64,000 bases of DNA from an uncultured Actinomycetes bacterium (lineage in GTDB: Bacteria; Actinomycetota; Thermoleophilia; Solirubrobacterales; Solirubrobacteraceae): positions 3,481 to 67,480 of the forward strand of contig CAVUND010000018.1 of assembly GCA_963742745.1 (NCBI GenBank). Reading direction: 5' to 3'. Shown piece after piece: positions 10,389-19,516 of this stretch; the stretch's first letter is position 1, and every line of letters starts with the position of its first letter. Below the pieces are notes generated by a model. That model was not told the DNA's origin. It made no database searches and saw only the letters and a list, made by a program, of their open reading frames with translations. The translations under genes were made by a program, and so were the position numbers.

Positions 10389-10396
10389 GGGTTCTC

Positions 10397-11938
10397 CTAT
10401 GGGGTTGGGACAGGGACGACGGGGGTGACGCCTGAGCGCCCGGCCGCGGCGGCGCCGGCCAGAAGCTGCGCTGCGCGCTCGGCGACGAGGTGGACGGCGC
10501 ACTGGGGGTGCGCGCGTGGCAGCGTCGGCAGCACCGACGCGTCGACGACGCGCAGCCCGGCGAGGCCGTGGACGCGCAGCGCGGGGTCGACGACGGCAAG
10601 CGCGTCGGCGCCCATCCGGCAGGTGCCGACCGGGTGGTAGAGCGTCTGCGCGACCTGTCGCAACGCGGCGCCGATCTCCGCGTCGGTCTGCGCGCCGGCC
10701 GTCGGGCCCAGCTCGGCGACGTCGCCGAACGCCAGCAGCGCCGGATGGGCGGCGATCCTGCGGGCCAGCCCCAGCCCGTGGGCGAGAACGCGCACGTCGG
10801 CCGGGTCGGTGAGGTAGCCGGGACGGATCGCCGGCTCGACGTCGGCCTGCGGGGCGACGAGCGCGACCTGGCCGCGGCTACCCGGCGCCAGCGCGATGAG
10901 CCCGATGCTGAAGCCGTGCCGCGCCGGCGGCTCGCGCCCCTCGGCGGTCCAGGCGACCGGCGCGAACAACAGCTCGAGGTCCGGGCCGTCGAGCGCGCGG
11001 TGTGTGCGCTCGAACGCGACGGCCTCGGCGACGTTGGAGGTGAGCATCCCGCGGCGGGCGAGCACGAAGCGCGCCACCTCGCGCGGTGACTGCGCCGCCA
11101 TGAGCGACACGGGCGCGCGGCAGCCGAAGACGATCGGGCAGAGCGGATGGTCGACGAGGCCCTGACCGACGCCGGGCAGCGCATGGCGGACGCGCACGCC
11201 GTGGGCGCGGAGGTGCTCGGCGGGGCCGATCCCGCTGCGCTGCAGCAGGTGCGGCGTACCGATCGCCCCCGCGCTCACCACAACCTCGCGGCGCGCGCGC
11301 ACCTCGACGCGACGGCCGCCGTGGCGGTAGACGAGGCCGCCGACGCGCCGCTCGCCGGACCAGTGCAGGTCGAGGACGAGCGCGTCGCTGCGCACGACGA
11401 GGTTCGCGCGGCGCCGGGCGGGACGCAGGTAGGCATCGGCGGCGCTGAAGCGGCGCCCGCCGCGCTGGGTGACGTGCGCGAGGCCGGCCTCGGGCATCGC
11501 GCGCAGGAACGCCCGCGTCATCGGGTTGGGGTCACGCAACGGCGCGATCGCCAGCGTCGACTCGACGCGCGCGAGCAGCGGCGCCAGCGCGTCGGCGCCC
11601 CACTCCGGGCCCGCCTCGTCGGCCCACGCGGCGAAGTCCGACGGGTGCGGCCGCGTGTGGACCATCGCGTTCATCGAGGTGCAGCCGCCGAGCATCCGCC
11701 CGCGGGGAAAGAAGACGCGCCGGCCGCCGAGCCCTGCCTGCGGCGCCGTCTCGTAGGCCCAGTCGCGCGACGTGCCAAACAGCTTCGGGAACGCCGCGGG
11801 CAGGCGAATTTCGGGCCGGCGGTCGTGCGGGCCGGCCTCGAGCAGCAGCACCCGCACGGCCGGGTCCTCGCTCAGCCGGGCGGCCAGCGTGCAGCCGGCG
11901 GCGCCCGCGCCGACGATGATGAAGTCGAACTCGTCCAT
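10397..11938 (-). CDS. GMC-family FAD oxidoreductase (choline-dehydrogenase-like)
   Basis: ATG at 11938. Motifs: MDEFDFIIVGAGAAGCTLAARLSED (FAD GxGxxG) ... GRMLGGCTSMNAM ... VVVSAGAIGTPHLLQRSGIG ... LYHPVGTCRMG. The 713-aa track ORF is overextended. Confidence 0.88.
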   Translation of the reverse strand: MDEFDFIIVGAGAAGCTLAARLSEDPAVRVLLLEAGPHDRRPEIRLPAAFPKLFGTSRDWAYETAPQAGLGGRRVFFPRGRMLGGCTSMNAMVHTRPHPSDFAAWADEAGPEWGADALAPLLARVESTLAIAPLRDPNPMTRAFLRAMPEAGLAHVTQRGGRRFSAADAYLRPARRRANLVVRSDALVLDLHWSGERRVGGLVYRHGGRRVEVRARREVVVSAGAIGTPHLLQRSGIGPAEHLRAHGVRVRHALPGVGQGLVDHPLCPIVFGCRAPVSLMAAQSPREVARFVLARRGMLTSNVAEAVAFERTHRALDGPDLELLFAPVAWTAEGREPPARHGFSIGLIALAPGSRGQVALVAPQADVEPAIRPGYLTDPADVRVLAHGLGLARRIAAHPALLAFGDVAELGPTAGAQTDAEIGAALRQVAQTLYHPVGTCRMGADALAVVDPALRVHGLAGLRVVDASVLPTLPRAHPQCAVHLVAERAAQLLAGAAAAGRSGVTPVVPVPTP

Positions 11939-11973
11939 GGCGGCGATGCTCGCCTGCCGCGGACGGCGCGTCG

Positions 11974-14844
11974 CTAGGCGCCCCCTCCCAGGGTTTCGTC
12001 CTGGGATCCCGTCAGGCCGAGCGCGGCGGCGAGCTCCGTGCGCGCGGTCACGTCGAGCTTGCGGTAGATGTTGCGCAGGTGCCACTGCACCGCCTTGGGC
12101 GTCACGAACAGGCGCTGGGCGATCTCGCGGTTCGTCAGTCCCTCGGCCGCCAGCACCGCAACGCGGTCCTCGCCGGCGGTCAGCGCCTCGCGCCCGCTCA
12201 GCAGCCGGCGCTCGCGGCGTGGGCGCGCCCCCGCCGTGACGAGCTCGGCGTGGGCGCGGTCGGCCAGAGCGCTCGCCCCGGCCCGCGCCGTGAGATCCAG
12301 CGCGGCGCGCAGGACGTCGCGCGCCTCGCCGCGCCGGCCGTCGCGGCGCAGCGCCATGCCGAGCTCGAGCGTCGAGCGCGCGTGCTCCAGGCGCCCTTCG
12401 GCTCCCTCGAGCACGGCGATCGACTCGCGCAGCAACGCGGTCGCGTCGTCGTCGTCGTCGTCGCCGCCGCCGGAGACGGAGCCGAGCGTGCGCAGCGCGG
12501 CACCGATCGCGTCGGGCACGCCGAAGCGGTGCGCCCATTCGAGCTCCTGCTTCGCCAGATCGCGCGCCTCGTCGCGCCGGCCCAGCGCCGCCAGCGCGAG
12601 CGCGGCATCCGCGCGCCAGGCGCAGGCCATCGGGTTGTGGACGATCGCGCCGACGATTCGCCCGGCGTCGCGGGCGTCGGCGAGCGCCGTGACCGCGTCG
12701 CCCTGCGCCAGGCGCAGGCGGCTGCGTGCGCAGAGCAGGAGCGCCAGCGCGAACGAGGGCGGCGCGGCGTCATCGACGAGCCCGCGGCGCAGCAGCTCGT
12801 CGGCCTCGTCGAGCGCGCCGCGCAGGACCAGCGGGCCGACGAGGTGGGCCAGCGTCCAGGCGTACGCCGCCGGCCCGCTGCCCGACTCGACGAGCTCGAG
12901 GCCCAGCCGCGCCTCGGCCTCAGCCCGGCGCACGTCGCCCAGCCGCAGGGAGACGTCGGCGCGCATCACCAGCTGCCAGGAGAGGGTGAGGCGGCTTCCG
13001 CGTCGCGTGGCGGCGGCGAGCGCGTCGTCGTAGAAGCGCCCGGCGCGCACGAGCGCGCCGGCGAACAGCAGCGCGTTGCCGATGCAGCCGCCGACGATGC
13101 TGTTGGGCTCGTCGCCCTGCCACCCGGCGAGCGAGGCCCGCGCGAGGCCCAGCGCGTCCGCCGCCGGCGGCACGGCCGTGACCCGCGCCAGCGCGAGGCA
13201 GGCCAGCGTCGGCGGCTGCAGGCGCGCGCCGGCGGCGAGCTCGGCGAAGCGCCGCTCCCAGCGCGCCCGCGCCGGGGCCGCGACCGTGAAGTCGTTGAGC
13301 GCGATCGTCAGCAGCTCGGCCTCGAGCGCCACGGCGAGCGGCGACTCGAGATCGGCCTGCTCGCGCAGCGCGCCGTCGAGCACGTCGACCGCCGCAGCGA
13401 AGTCGCCGAACGCCGCGAGCGCCCGCCCGAGGTCCAGCGCTGCGGCGGCGCGCACGTCGGTCGTGCGGGTCGCGGCGATCGCGGCGCGCAGGTGCGCCTC
13501 GAAGCGGTCCCGGCGCCGGTCGGTCGCCTCGGCCAGCCCGAGCTCGTGTAGCACCCCGGCCAGATGCGCGGCGGCGGGCGGCTCCTGCAGCGCGCGGTCC
13601 AGGTAGCCGACGGCCGCCTCCGGCGCACCGCGCGCGGCGGCCCGGCGCGCGGCCGCGCGCAGGCGGGCGACGCGGGCGCCGTCGCCGGACGGGGTGACCC
13701 GCAGCAGGTGCGCGGCGACGCGCTCGTCGTCGGCGCCGCCGTCCGCCAACAGCGCGGCGGCCGCGGCGTGCAGCGCGACCCGTTCATGCGCCGCGATCGA
13801 GTCGTAGATCGACGCAGCGACGAGCGGATGCTCGAAGTCGAGCGTCTCCCCGGACGCCAACACGGCGACGGCGGCCAGCGCATCGGCCGCTGCGCCCGCC
13901 ACGTCCTCGCCCAGGCCGGCGAGCTGCGCGGCGTCGGTGAGGCGTGCCGCGGGACCGAGCACCGCAACCGCCCGTGCGAGGGCCGCCGCCTCCGGGCCGA
14001 GCGCGCGCAGCCGCCGGCGGACGGAGCGAGCGACGCGCTCGCTGCCGAAGGCGACCACCCGCTCGGCGTCGGCGTCGGTGCCGGCGGCGCCGTCGGACGA
14101 CAGCTCGCCGACGAGCTCCCCGAGCAGGAATGGGTTGCCGCCGGTGGCGCGATGACAGGCGGCGGTGAACGCGTCGGTGGCCGCGCCGAGCCGCGAGCGC
14201 ACGAGCTGCGCCGTCGCCTCGGCAGTGAGGGCGGGGAGCCGCAGGACGGTCGGCGCCGCCACCGCGAGCGCGTCGAGCAGCGCCTGATCGGCGCCGGGCT
14301 CGCGCGGGCGCATCGCCCCCACGAGCGCGAGCGGAAGCTCCTCGAGACGCTCCGCGAGCAGGACGAGAAAGCGCAAGGACGCGGCGTCGGCCCACTGCAG
14401 GTCGTCGGCGACGATCGCGAGGGGCCCGCGCGCCGCCAGATCCCCGACGAGCCACTCGAGCGCGCGCAAGGTCCCGAACCCCGCCGCGTCACCCGCCGCC
14501 GTCGTGGCCGCCTCGTCGAGCAGCACCGGCCGCGCGGCCTCGGCGCCGGCGCTCCACAGCCGCGGGTCCTCGGCGACCGCACGCGCCAGCAGCTGACGGA
14601 CGACCCCGAAGCCGAACGGCCGCTCGAGCTCCGAGCCGCGTCCGCGCAGGATCGTGAAGCCCGCCTCGCCGGCGCGTTGGGCGGCGAGCCGCAGCAGCCG
14701 TGTCTTGCCAACCCCTGCCTGCGCCTCGACCAACACCGTCGCGCCGCGACCGGTCTTCACGTCGCGCAGCAGCGCGTCTACGACCGCGAGCTCGCGCTCG
14801 CGCTCGAACAGCAGCCCGCTCGCAGGTTCGACGCCGGCCGGCAC
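11974..14844 (-). CDS. Large ATP-binding LuxR-family (LAL/MalT-like) transcriptional regulator, copy 1
   Basis: Start placed at GTG 14844 (GGGAGGG 7 nt upstream) by alignment with copy 2. Walker A is VEAQAGVGKTRLL. A long helical/TPR-like middle region follows. C-terminal LuxR HTH: LTAGEDRVAVLAAEGLTNREIAQRLFVTPKAVQWHLRNIYRKLDV. Confidence 0.85.
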   Translation of the reverse strand: MPAGVEPASGLLFERERELAVVDALLRDVKTGRGATVLVEAQAGVGKTRLLRLAAQRAGEAGFTILRGRGSELERPFGFGVVRQLLARAVAEDPRLWSAGAEAARPVLLDEAATTAAGDAAGFGTLRALEWLVGDLAARGPLAIVADDLQWADAASLRFLVLLAERLEELPLALVGAMRPREPGADQALLDALAVAAPTVLRLPALTAEATAQLVRSRLGAATDAFTAACHRATGGNPFLLGELVGELSSDGAAGTDADAERVVAFGSERVARSVRRRLRALGPEAAALARAVAVLGPAARLTDAAQLAGLGEDVAGAAADALAAVAVLASGETLDFEHPLVAASIYDSIAAHERVALHAAAAALLADGGADDERVAAHLLRVTPSGDGARVARLRAAARRAAARGAPEAAVGYLDRALQEPPAAAHLAGVLHELGLAEATDRRRDRFEAHLRAAIAATRTTDVRAAAALDLGRALAAFGDFAAAVDVLDGALREQADLESPLAVALEAELLTIALNDFTVAAPARARWERRFAELAAGARLQPPTLACLALARVTAVPPAADALGLARASLAGWQGDEPNSIVGGCIGNALLFAGALVRAGRFYDDALAAATRRGSRLTLSWQLVMRADVSLRLGDVRRAEAEARLGLELVESGSGPAAYAWTLAHLVGPLVLRGALDEADELLRRGLVDDAAPPSFALALLLCARSRLRLAQGDAVTALADARDAGRIVGAIVHNPMACAWRADAALALAALGRRDEARDLAKQELEWAHRFGVPDAIGAALRTLGSVSGGGDDDDDDATALLRESIAVLEGAEGRLEHARSTLELGMALRRDGRRGEARDVLRAALDLTARAGASALADRAHAELVTAGARPRRERRLLSGREALTAGEDRVAVLAAEGLTNREIAQRLFVTPKAVQWHLRNIYRKLDVTARTELAAALGLTGSQDETLGGGA
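12445..12462 (-). repeat. (GTC)6 microsatellite followed by (GCC)3, encoding the GGGDDDDDD linker in LAL copy 1
   Basis: Read directly from the sequence: gtcgtcgtcgtcgtcgtc gccgccgcc. Confidence 0.9.
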
Positions 14845-14962
14845 CCGGCAACCCTCCCACAGCGGAGTCTCCGCACGATCCGCACGAACGCGCTTGAGCC
14901 GTGATGCGAATCCTGCGGCGGGCGCGGCATCGCTGCCGCGCCCCCCGCCGTCGTGCTCGAGA

Positions 14963-15805
14963 TCAATCGATGACGAAGCTGTCTCTCCCGTCGTCGTTCG
15001 TCCAGCTGCACCCCAGCGATCGCCCCTTCGCCAGCGCGAGGTTGACCGCGTTGGCATCGGCGGTCGTCCCAGAGGGGGAGATCCAGCTGTCGAAGGAGCT
15101 GTCGTACTGGTTTCGGAGCGCGTTGCAGCGACGGTTCTTGAAGAACGCCTGAGTCTGCGGTGGAGCGTTCGGGTCCTCCTGCACGCCGACGAGCGCCTGG
15201 TCGGAGGGGCTCAGCGGCGGGCTGGACACACCGGTCGTCGTCGCCTTGGACTTGCCGCCCGCCTCGTCGGACGTCTGTACGCCCTTGAGCTCCAGCGCGT
15301 CGCTGACGACCCAGCCACGCGTGACGCCCTCGACCTGCTCACGGAAGTAGCCACCCACCTTCGTCGGTGCGAGCGCGAAGTCGTCGGTCACGGCGCCGGC
15401 CTTGACCGCGGCGCGGCGGGGCGTGTCGCCGGACAGCTCCAGGTCGACAGTGCCGGCGCCCTTGACGGCGTTTAGGGTGGCGCTGTCCGCGCCGTCCTCG
15501 ATCGAGCCCGCGAAGGCGCGGCCGAGCGTCTTGCCGTCGCAGAGGTAGGCGACGGCCTTACCGTCATCGGCGATCGTCACCGCGAGGCCGTAGTCCTTGC
15601 CCTCGTCGGTGTCGACGAAGCGGGCGAGCTGTGCCGGGTACTCCTCGCCGAGCGTGGGTATCTGCTCCAGCAGCGCGCTGCTGGCGGGGGCCGAGATCGG
15701 CGTTGCGTCGTCGTCGCCGCCACACGCGGACAGCACGGCGGCCGACAGCAGGACGACCATGGAGGCCGTGGCCAGCCCGAACATCGACTGCACGAACTTC
15801 AGCAT
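14963..15805 (-). CDS. Lipoprotein of unknown family (paralog 2)
   Basis: Signal with lipobox: MLKFVQSMFGLATASMVVLLSAAVLSAC. Shares with paralog 1 the stretches [103 protein letters not shown] and a C-terminal RC...LGC cysteine pair. Confidence 0.75.
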   Translation of the reverse strand: MLKFVQSMFGLATASMVVLLSAAVLSACGGDDDATPISAPASSALLEQIPTLGEEYPAQLARFVDTDEGKDYGLAVTIADDGKAVAYLCDGKTLGRAFAGSIEDGADSATLNAVKGAGTVDLELSGDTPRRAAVKAGAVTDDFALAPTKVGGYFREQVEGVTRGWVVSDALELKGVQTSDEAGGKSKATTTGVSSPPLSPSDQALVGVQEDPNAPPQTQAFFKNRRCNALRNQYDSSFDSWISPSGTTADANAVNLALAKGRSLGCSWTNDDGRDSFVID

Positions 15806-16248
15806 GACGACACCAGGTTGAAGCCGGCGCCGTCGGCGGGCTTGCCGTCGGGGTCGCGGACCACGACGCGGATGACCTTGTCGGCCGGCATGTACGTGGT
15901 GATGAAGCCGTAGAACTCGTTGTCGGCGGTGCCGCGCACGGTGGCCACACCCGCGCAGGGCTGCACGCTGCGGTTGAACGTCACGTGGAAGTCGCCGGGG
16001 CCGACGTGCTTGACGTTGGTCGCGTGGCGTCCGGCCAGCAGCGAGCCCGCGGCGTCGACCTTGGCGAACCAGGGCTTGAGCTGCTGGCGGTAGGTGACGT
16101 GCACGTCGGCTTCGCGAATCGTGCCGTCCTTGATCTGCGTGCTCGTGACGAGGCTTGCGGCGGTCGCGCTGCCGGCGCCGGCCACGAAGGCGACGACGCC
16201 GGCGATGACGACGGTCCGCAGCCGAGGGGTGAAGCGGTTGGGTCGCAT
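15799..16248 (-). CDS. Small secreted protein, unknown function
   Basis: ATG at 16248 is preceded by AGGAGCCCC. Signal peptide: MRPNRFTPRLRTVVIAGVVAFVAGAGSATAASL. Its stop overlaps the start of the paralog-2 lipoprotein gene by 7 nt (ATGCTGA). Confidence 0.6.
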   Translation of the reverse strand: MRPNRFTPRLRTVVIAGVVAFVAGAGSATAASLVTSTQIKDGTIREADVHVTYRQQLKPWFAKVDAAGSLLAGRHATNVKHVGPGDFHVTFNRSVQPCAGVATVRGTADNEFYGFITTYMPADKVIRVVVRDPDGKPADGAGFNLVSSC

Positions 16249-16405
16249 GGGGCTCCTGTCGGGGGGCGGTGGGCTGATGCGTTCGACCCTCCCTGGGGGC
16301 GCATGCGTTCGCGTCGGGGAACCTCCCTGAACCTCACCGGCGGCCTCCCCCCGGTTCGTGCGCATCACCCTTGCTCCGTGATGCCCGTCGCGGGTAGCGT
16401 GCGGC

Positions 16406-19264
16406 GTGGACTCATTCGCCGGTAGGGCCGGGAGCGATCTCCTGGAGCGCGAATCCGAGACGGCCGCGCTGACGGCCCTGCTCGATCTGGCCTGCGCCGG
16501 CACGGGCCGCGTCGCCCTCATCGAGGGCCCGCCCGGCATCGGAAAGAGCGCGTTGCTGGAGTGCACCAAGCGGCTCGCGCCTGAGCGCGGCATGCGTGTC
16601 CTCGCCGCCCGCGGCGGCGCGCTGGAGCGCGACTTCTCGTTCGGCGTGGTGCGCCAGCTCTTCGAGCCGTTCGTCACCGCCGACGCGCTCGTCGCGCGGG
16701 GCCGGCTGTTCGAGGGCGCCGCGGGGATCGCCGCGGAGTTGCTGGGCGCGCAGCCGCCGGCCGGCGCGCAGCCGCCGAGCGGCGAGCTGTTCGCCCTGTT
16801 GCACGGCCTGCACTGGCTGACCGCGGGGATCGCCGCCGACGGCCCGCTGCTCATCGCGCTCGACGACGCGCACTGGATCGACGTGCCGTCGCTGCGCTAC
16901 GCGCAGTACCTCGCCCGCCGACTCGACGAGCTGCCCGTGCTGCTCGTCCTGACCGCGCGATCGACCGAGCCCGACGCCCCGCTGGAGCTCATCGACGCGA
17001 TCGCCGGCGAGCCGGTGACGAGCACGATCCGTCCCGGGCCGCTCAGCCCCACCGCGGCCGGCGACGTCCTGCGCGAGCTGTTCGCCACGGAGCCCGACGC
17101 GGAGTTCGTACGCACCTCGCACGAGGCCAGCCGCGGCAACCCGTTCCTGCTCACCGAGCTCGCCCGCGCGCTCGCTGCCGACGGCGCGGCGCCCGACAGC
17201 GCGGCGTCGGCGAGCATCCGCAACGTCCGACCGGAGGCGATCACGCGCAAGGCGCTCGTCCGTCTCGGCCACCTGGCGGTCGCCGACCAGCGCGTGGCGC
17301 GCGCGGTCGCGACGCTCGGCGACGACACCGCCCTGCGCCACGTCGCCGCCCTCGCCGAGCTCTCCGAGGACGAATCCGCCGATGCGGTCGACCGCCTCGC
17401 CGCGGCGGGCTTCCTCAACCCCGGGCGGCCGCTGCGCTTCACCCATCCGCTCATGCGCGCGGTGATCTACGACGACCTCGGACCTGCCCAGCGCGCCCGT
17501 CTGCACGGCCGCGCGGCGACGATGCTCGCCGCCGAGCCGGCCCGCCCGGAGCGGGTCGCCGCGCACCTGCTCTGGACCGAGCCGGTCGCCGACCCCGAGG
17601 CCGTCGGCTGGCTGCGGCGGGCCGCCGCCGAGGCCCTGCGCCAGGGTGCCGCGGAGACGGCGGTCGGTTATCTGCGGCGCGCGCTGGCCGAGCCGCCGGC
17701 GGCCGCCGACCATGCGGCGATTCTGCTCGAGCTCGGCCGCGCGGAGTCGGCGGCCGCGCTGCCCGAAGCGGCTGACCATCTGCTGCAGGCGTTCGCGCTC
17801 GCCACCGACCCTGCGATGCGCGGCGACGTCGCCGAGGCCGCCGGGCCGTTTCTGCTCTCCGCCGGCCGCACCACCGAGACGCTCGAGCTGCTCGACACGG
17901 TCATCGGCGAGCTGGCGGGACAGGATCCCGAGCGCGCACTGCAGCTCGAGTCCCAGTATGTCGCCGCGGCCATGCTCGATCCGGCCGCGGTGCAGCACGC
18001 GGTCGTGCGCTTCGAGCGTGTCGGCGAGCAGCTCGCCGGCGACACGCGCGGCGAGCGGATGATGCTCTGCCAGCTCGCCTATCACCGGATGTGGCGCTCA
18101 GAGGACGCCGCCCAGGCCGCGGCCCTCGCTCTGCGCGCCCTCGCCGGCGGCCGGCTGATCGCCGATCGCGGCGTCGTGCCGTACGAGCTGACCGGGCCCG
18201 CGATGGCGCTCATCTGCGCCGACGAACACCACGACGCGGGCGCGATGCTCGACGAAGCGGCGACCGCCGCCCGCCGGCACGGCTCCGAGCACGCGTTCTC
18301 ATGGGTCTGCTCCGCGCGCGGGAAGCTCGCCCACCGCCGCGGCGCGATCGGCGAGGCGGTCAGCGAGATGCGAGTGGCGCTCGAGGTGACGCTGCGCTCG
18401 GGCTTGCTGCTCGGCAGCGCGTTCAACGGCGGCGTCCTCATCGCCGCGCTCCTGGAGACGGGTCAGCTCGACGAGGCGCAGACGTGCCTGGAACAGATCG
18501 GACTCGACCGTGCGCCGATCCCACCGCCGGCGCCGTTCACGATCCTGCTCGCCGCGCGCGGCCGGCTGCGCCTCGCGCAGGGCGACGTCGCCTCGGGGAT
18601 CGCCGATCTCGAGGAGTGCGGCCGGCGCACGGCCGTCTTCGGCGCGAGGAACCCCGTCCTGTTCCCGTGGCGCGGCGCGCTGATGTTGGCGCTGCGCGAG
18701 CGCGGCGAGCTCGCGGCGGCGCAGGCACTTGCCGCGGAGGAACTCGCCGCCGCGCGCTCGTGGGGGACCCCCGGGGCGCTCGGCGGGGCCGAGCGGCTCG
18801 TCGCGCTGCTCAGCGACGACAGCGACGCGATGATCGCCGGGCTCGGCCGGTCCGCCGAGCTGCTGGCGGCGTCGCCCGCGCGCCTGGAACACGCAGGGGC
18901 GCTCGCCGACCTCGGCGCGGCGCAGCGGCGCGCCAACCGCCGCAGCGAGGCGCGCGAAACGCTGCGCGAGGCACTCGACCTGGCGCAGCGCTGCGGCGCG
19001 ACCGTGCTCGCCGAGCAGGCACGCAACGACCTGCTGGCGACCGGCGCGCGCCCCCGCCGGCTACAGCTGCGCGGCGTCGACTCGCTCACCGCGAGCGAGC
19101 GGCGGATCGCCGACCTCGCCGCCGCGGGGTTGTCGAACCCCGAGATCGCGCAGTCGCTGTTCGTCACGCGAAAGACGGTCGAGACGCACCTCGGGCGGGC
19201 GTACTCCAAGCTCGACATCCGCTCGCGCAAGGAGCTCCCGGCGGCGCTCGCGGCGCAGGACTGA
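16406..19264 (+). CDS. Large ATP-binding LuxR-family (LAL/MalT-like) transcriptional regulator, copy 2
   Basis: Walker A is IEGPPGIGKSALL. Long helical middle region. C-terminal HTH: LTASERRIADLAAAGLSNPEIAQSLFVTRKTVETHLGRAYSKLDI. It lies divergent to the 16248 operon. Confidence 0.88.
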   Translation: MDSFAGRAGSDLLERESETAALTALLDLACAGTGRVALIEGPPGIGKSALLECTKRLAPERGMRVLAARGGALERDFSFGVVRQLFEPFVTADALVARGRLFEGAAGIAAELLGAQPPAGAQPPSGELFALLHGLHWLTAGIAADGPLLIALDDAHWIDVPSLRYAQYLARRLDELPVLLVLTARSTEPDAPLELIDAIAGEPVTSTIRPGPLSPTAAGDVLRELFATEPDAEFVRTSHEASRGNPFLLTELARALAADGAAPDSAASASIRNVRPEAITRKALVRLGHLAVADQRVARAVATLGDDTALRHVAALAELSEDESADAVDRLAAAGFLNPGRPLRFTHPLMRAVIYDDLGPAQRARLHGRAATMLAAEPARPERVAAHLLWTEPVADPEAVGWLRRAAAEALRQGAAETAVGYLRRALAEPPAAADHAAILLELGRAESAAALPEAADHLLQAFALATDPAMRGDVAEAAGPFLLSAGRTTETLELLDTVIGELAGQDPERALQLESQYVAAAMLDPAAVQHAVVRFERVGEQLAGDTRGERMMLCQLAYHRMWRSEDAAQAAALALRALAGGRLIADRGVVPYELTGPAMALICADEHHDAGAMLDEAATAARRHGSEHAFSWVCSARGKLAHRRGAIGEAVSEMRVALEVTLRSGLLLGSAFNGGVLIAALLETGQLDEAQTCLEQIGLDRAPIPPPAPFTILLAARGRLRLAQGDVASGIADLEECGRRTAVFGARNPVLFPWRGALMLALRERGELAAAQALAAEELAAARSWGTPGALGGAERLVALLSDDSDAMIAGLGRSAELLAASPARLEHAGALADLGAAQRRANRRSEARETLREALDLAQRCGATVLAEQARNDLLATGARPRRLQLRGVDSLTASERRIADLAAAGLSNPEIAQSLFVTRKTVETHLGRAYSKLDIRSRKELPAALAAQD

Positions 19265-19324
19265 GCCCAAAGTTCGGGGTGCCTCCCCGACGCGAGGCCG
19301 GGCCGGGGCGGACATGCTCCGTTC

Positions 19325-19516
19325 ATGCCCACCCGGCTGCAGATCACGATCGACCTCGAGCTGACCCGGCCTGTGAGCGGACGGCTGGCCGTCGCCGGCG
19401 AGCCGGCCGCGCACTTCAGCGGCTGGCTGGAGCTGCACTCCGCGCTCGAGCTGATCTGTGCGTGCGCCGAGGTGCCCCGCAACCCCCACGAAGAGGAGCC
19501 AGTTCGATGTCCGTAG
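19325..19516 (+). CDS. Small hypothetical protein (63 aa)
   Basis: Translation begins MPTRLQITIDLELTRPVSGRLAVAGEPAAHFSGWLELHSALELI... GC3 is high. The 3' end overlaps the next gene's start by 10 nt. No clear SD. Confidence 0.45.
   Translation: MPTRLQITIDLELTRPVSGRLAVAGEPAAHFSGWLELHSALELICACAEVPRNPHEEEPVRCP

Noticed and set aside
9463-11184. 573-aa minus-strand ORF, and similar long ORFs (for example 16412-18085, 18463-20367, 35112-36479, 45685-47355, 50686-52557, 26965-28332, 58036-59553)
   Set aside because: Their products are Arg/Pro/Gly/Ala-rich and low-complexity, and they lie antisense or out of frame to genes with clear family motifs. These are typical shadow ORFs of high-GC DNA.
16277-16330. 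Small plus-strand ORF MRSTLPGGACVRVGEPP in the divergent intergenic region
   Set aside because: It has no SD, and it is generated by the two ATGCGTTCG direct repeats themselves. It is more likely regulatory DNA than a peptide gene.
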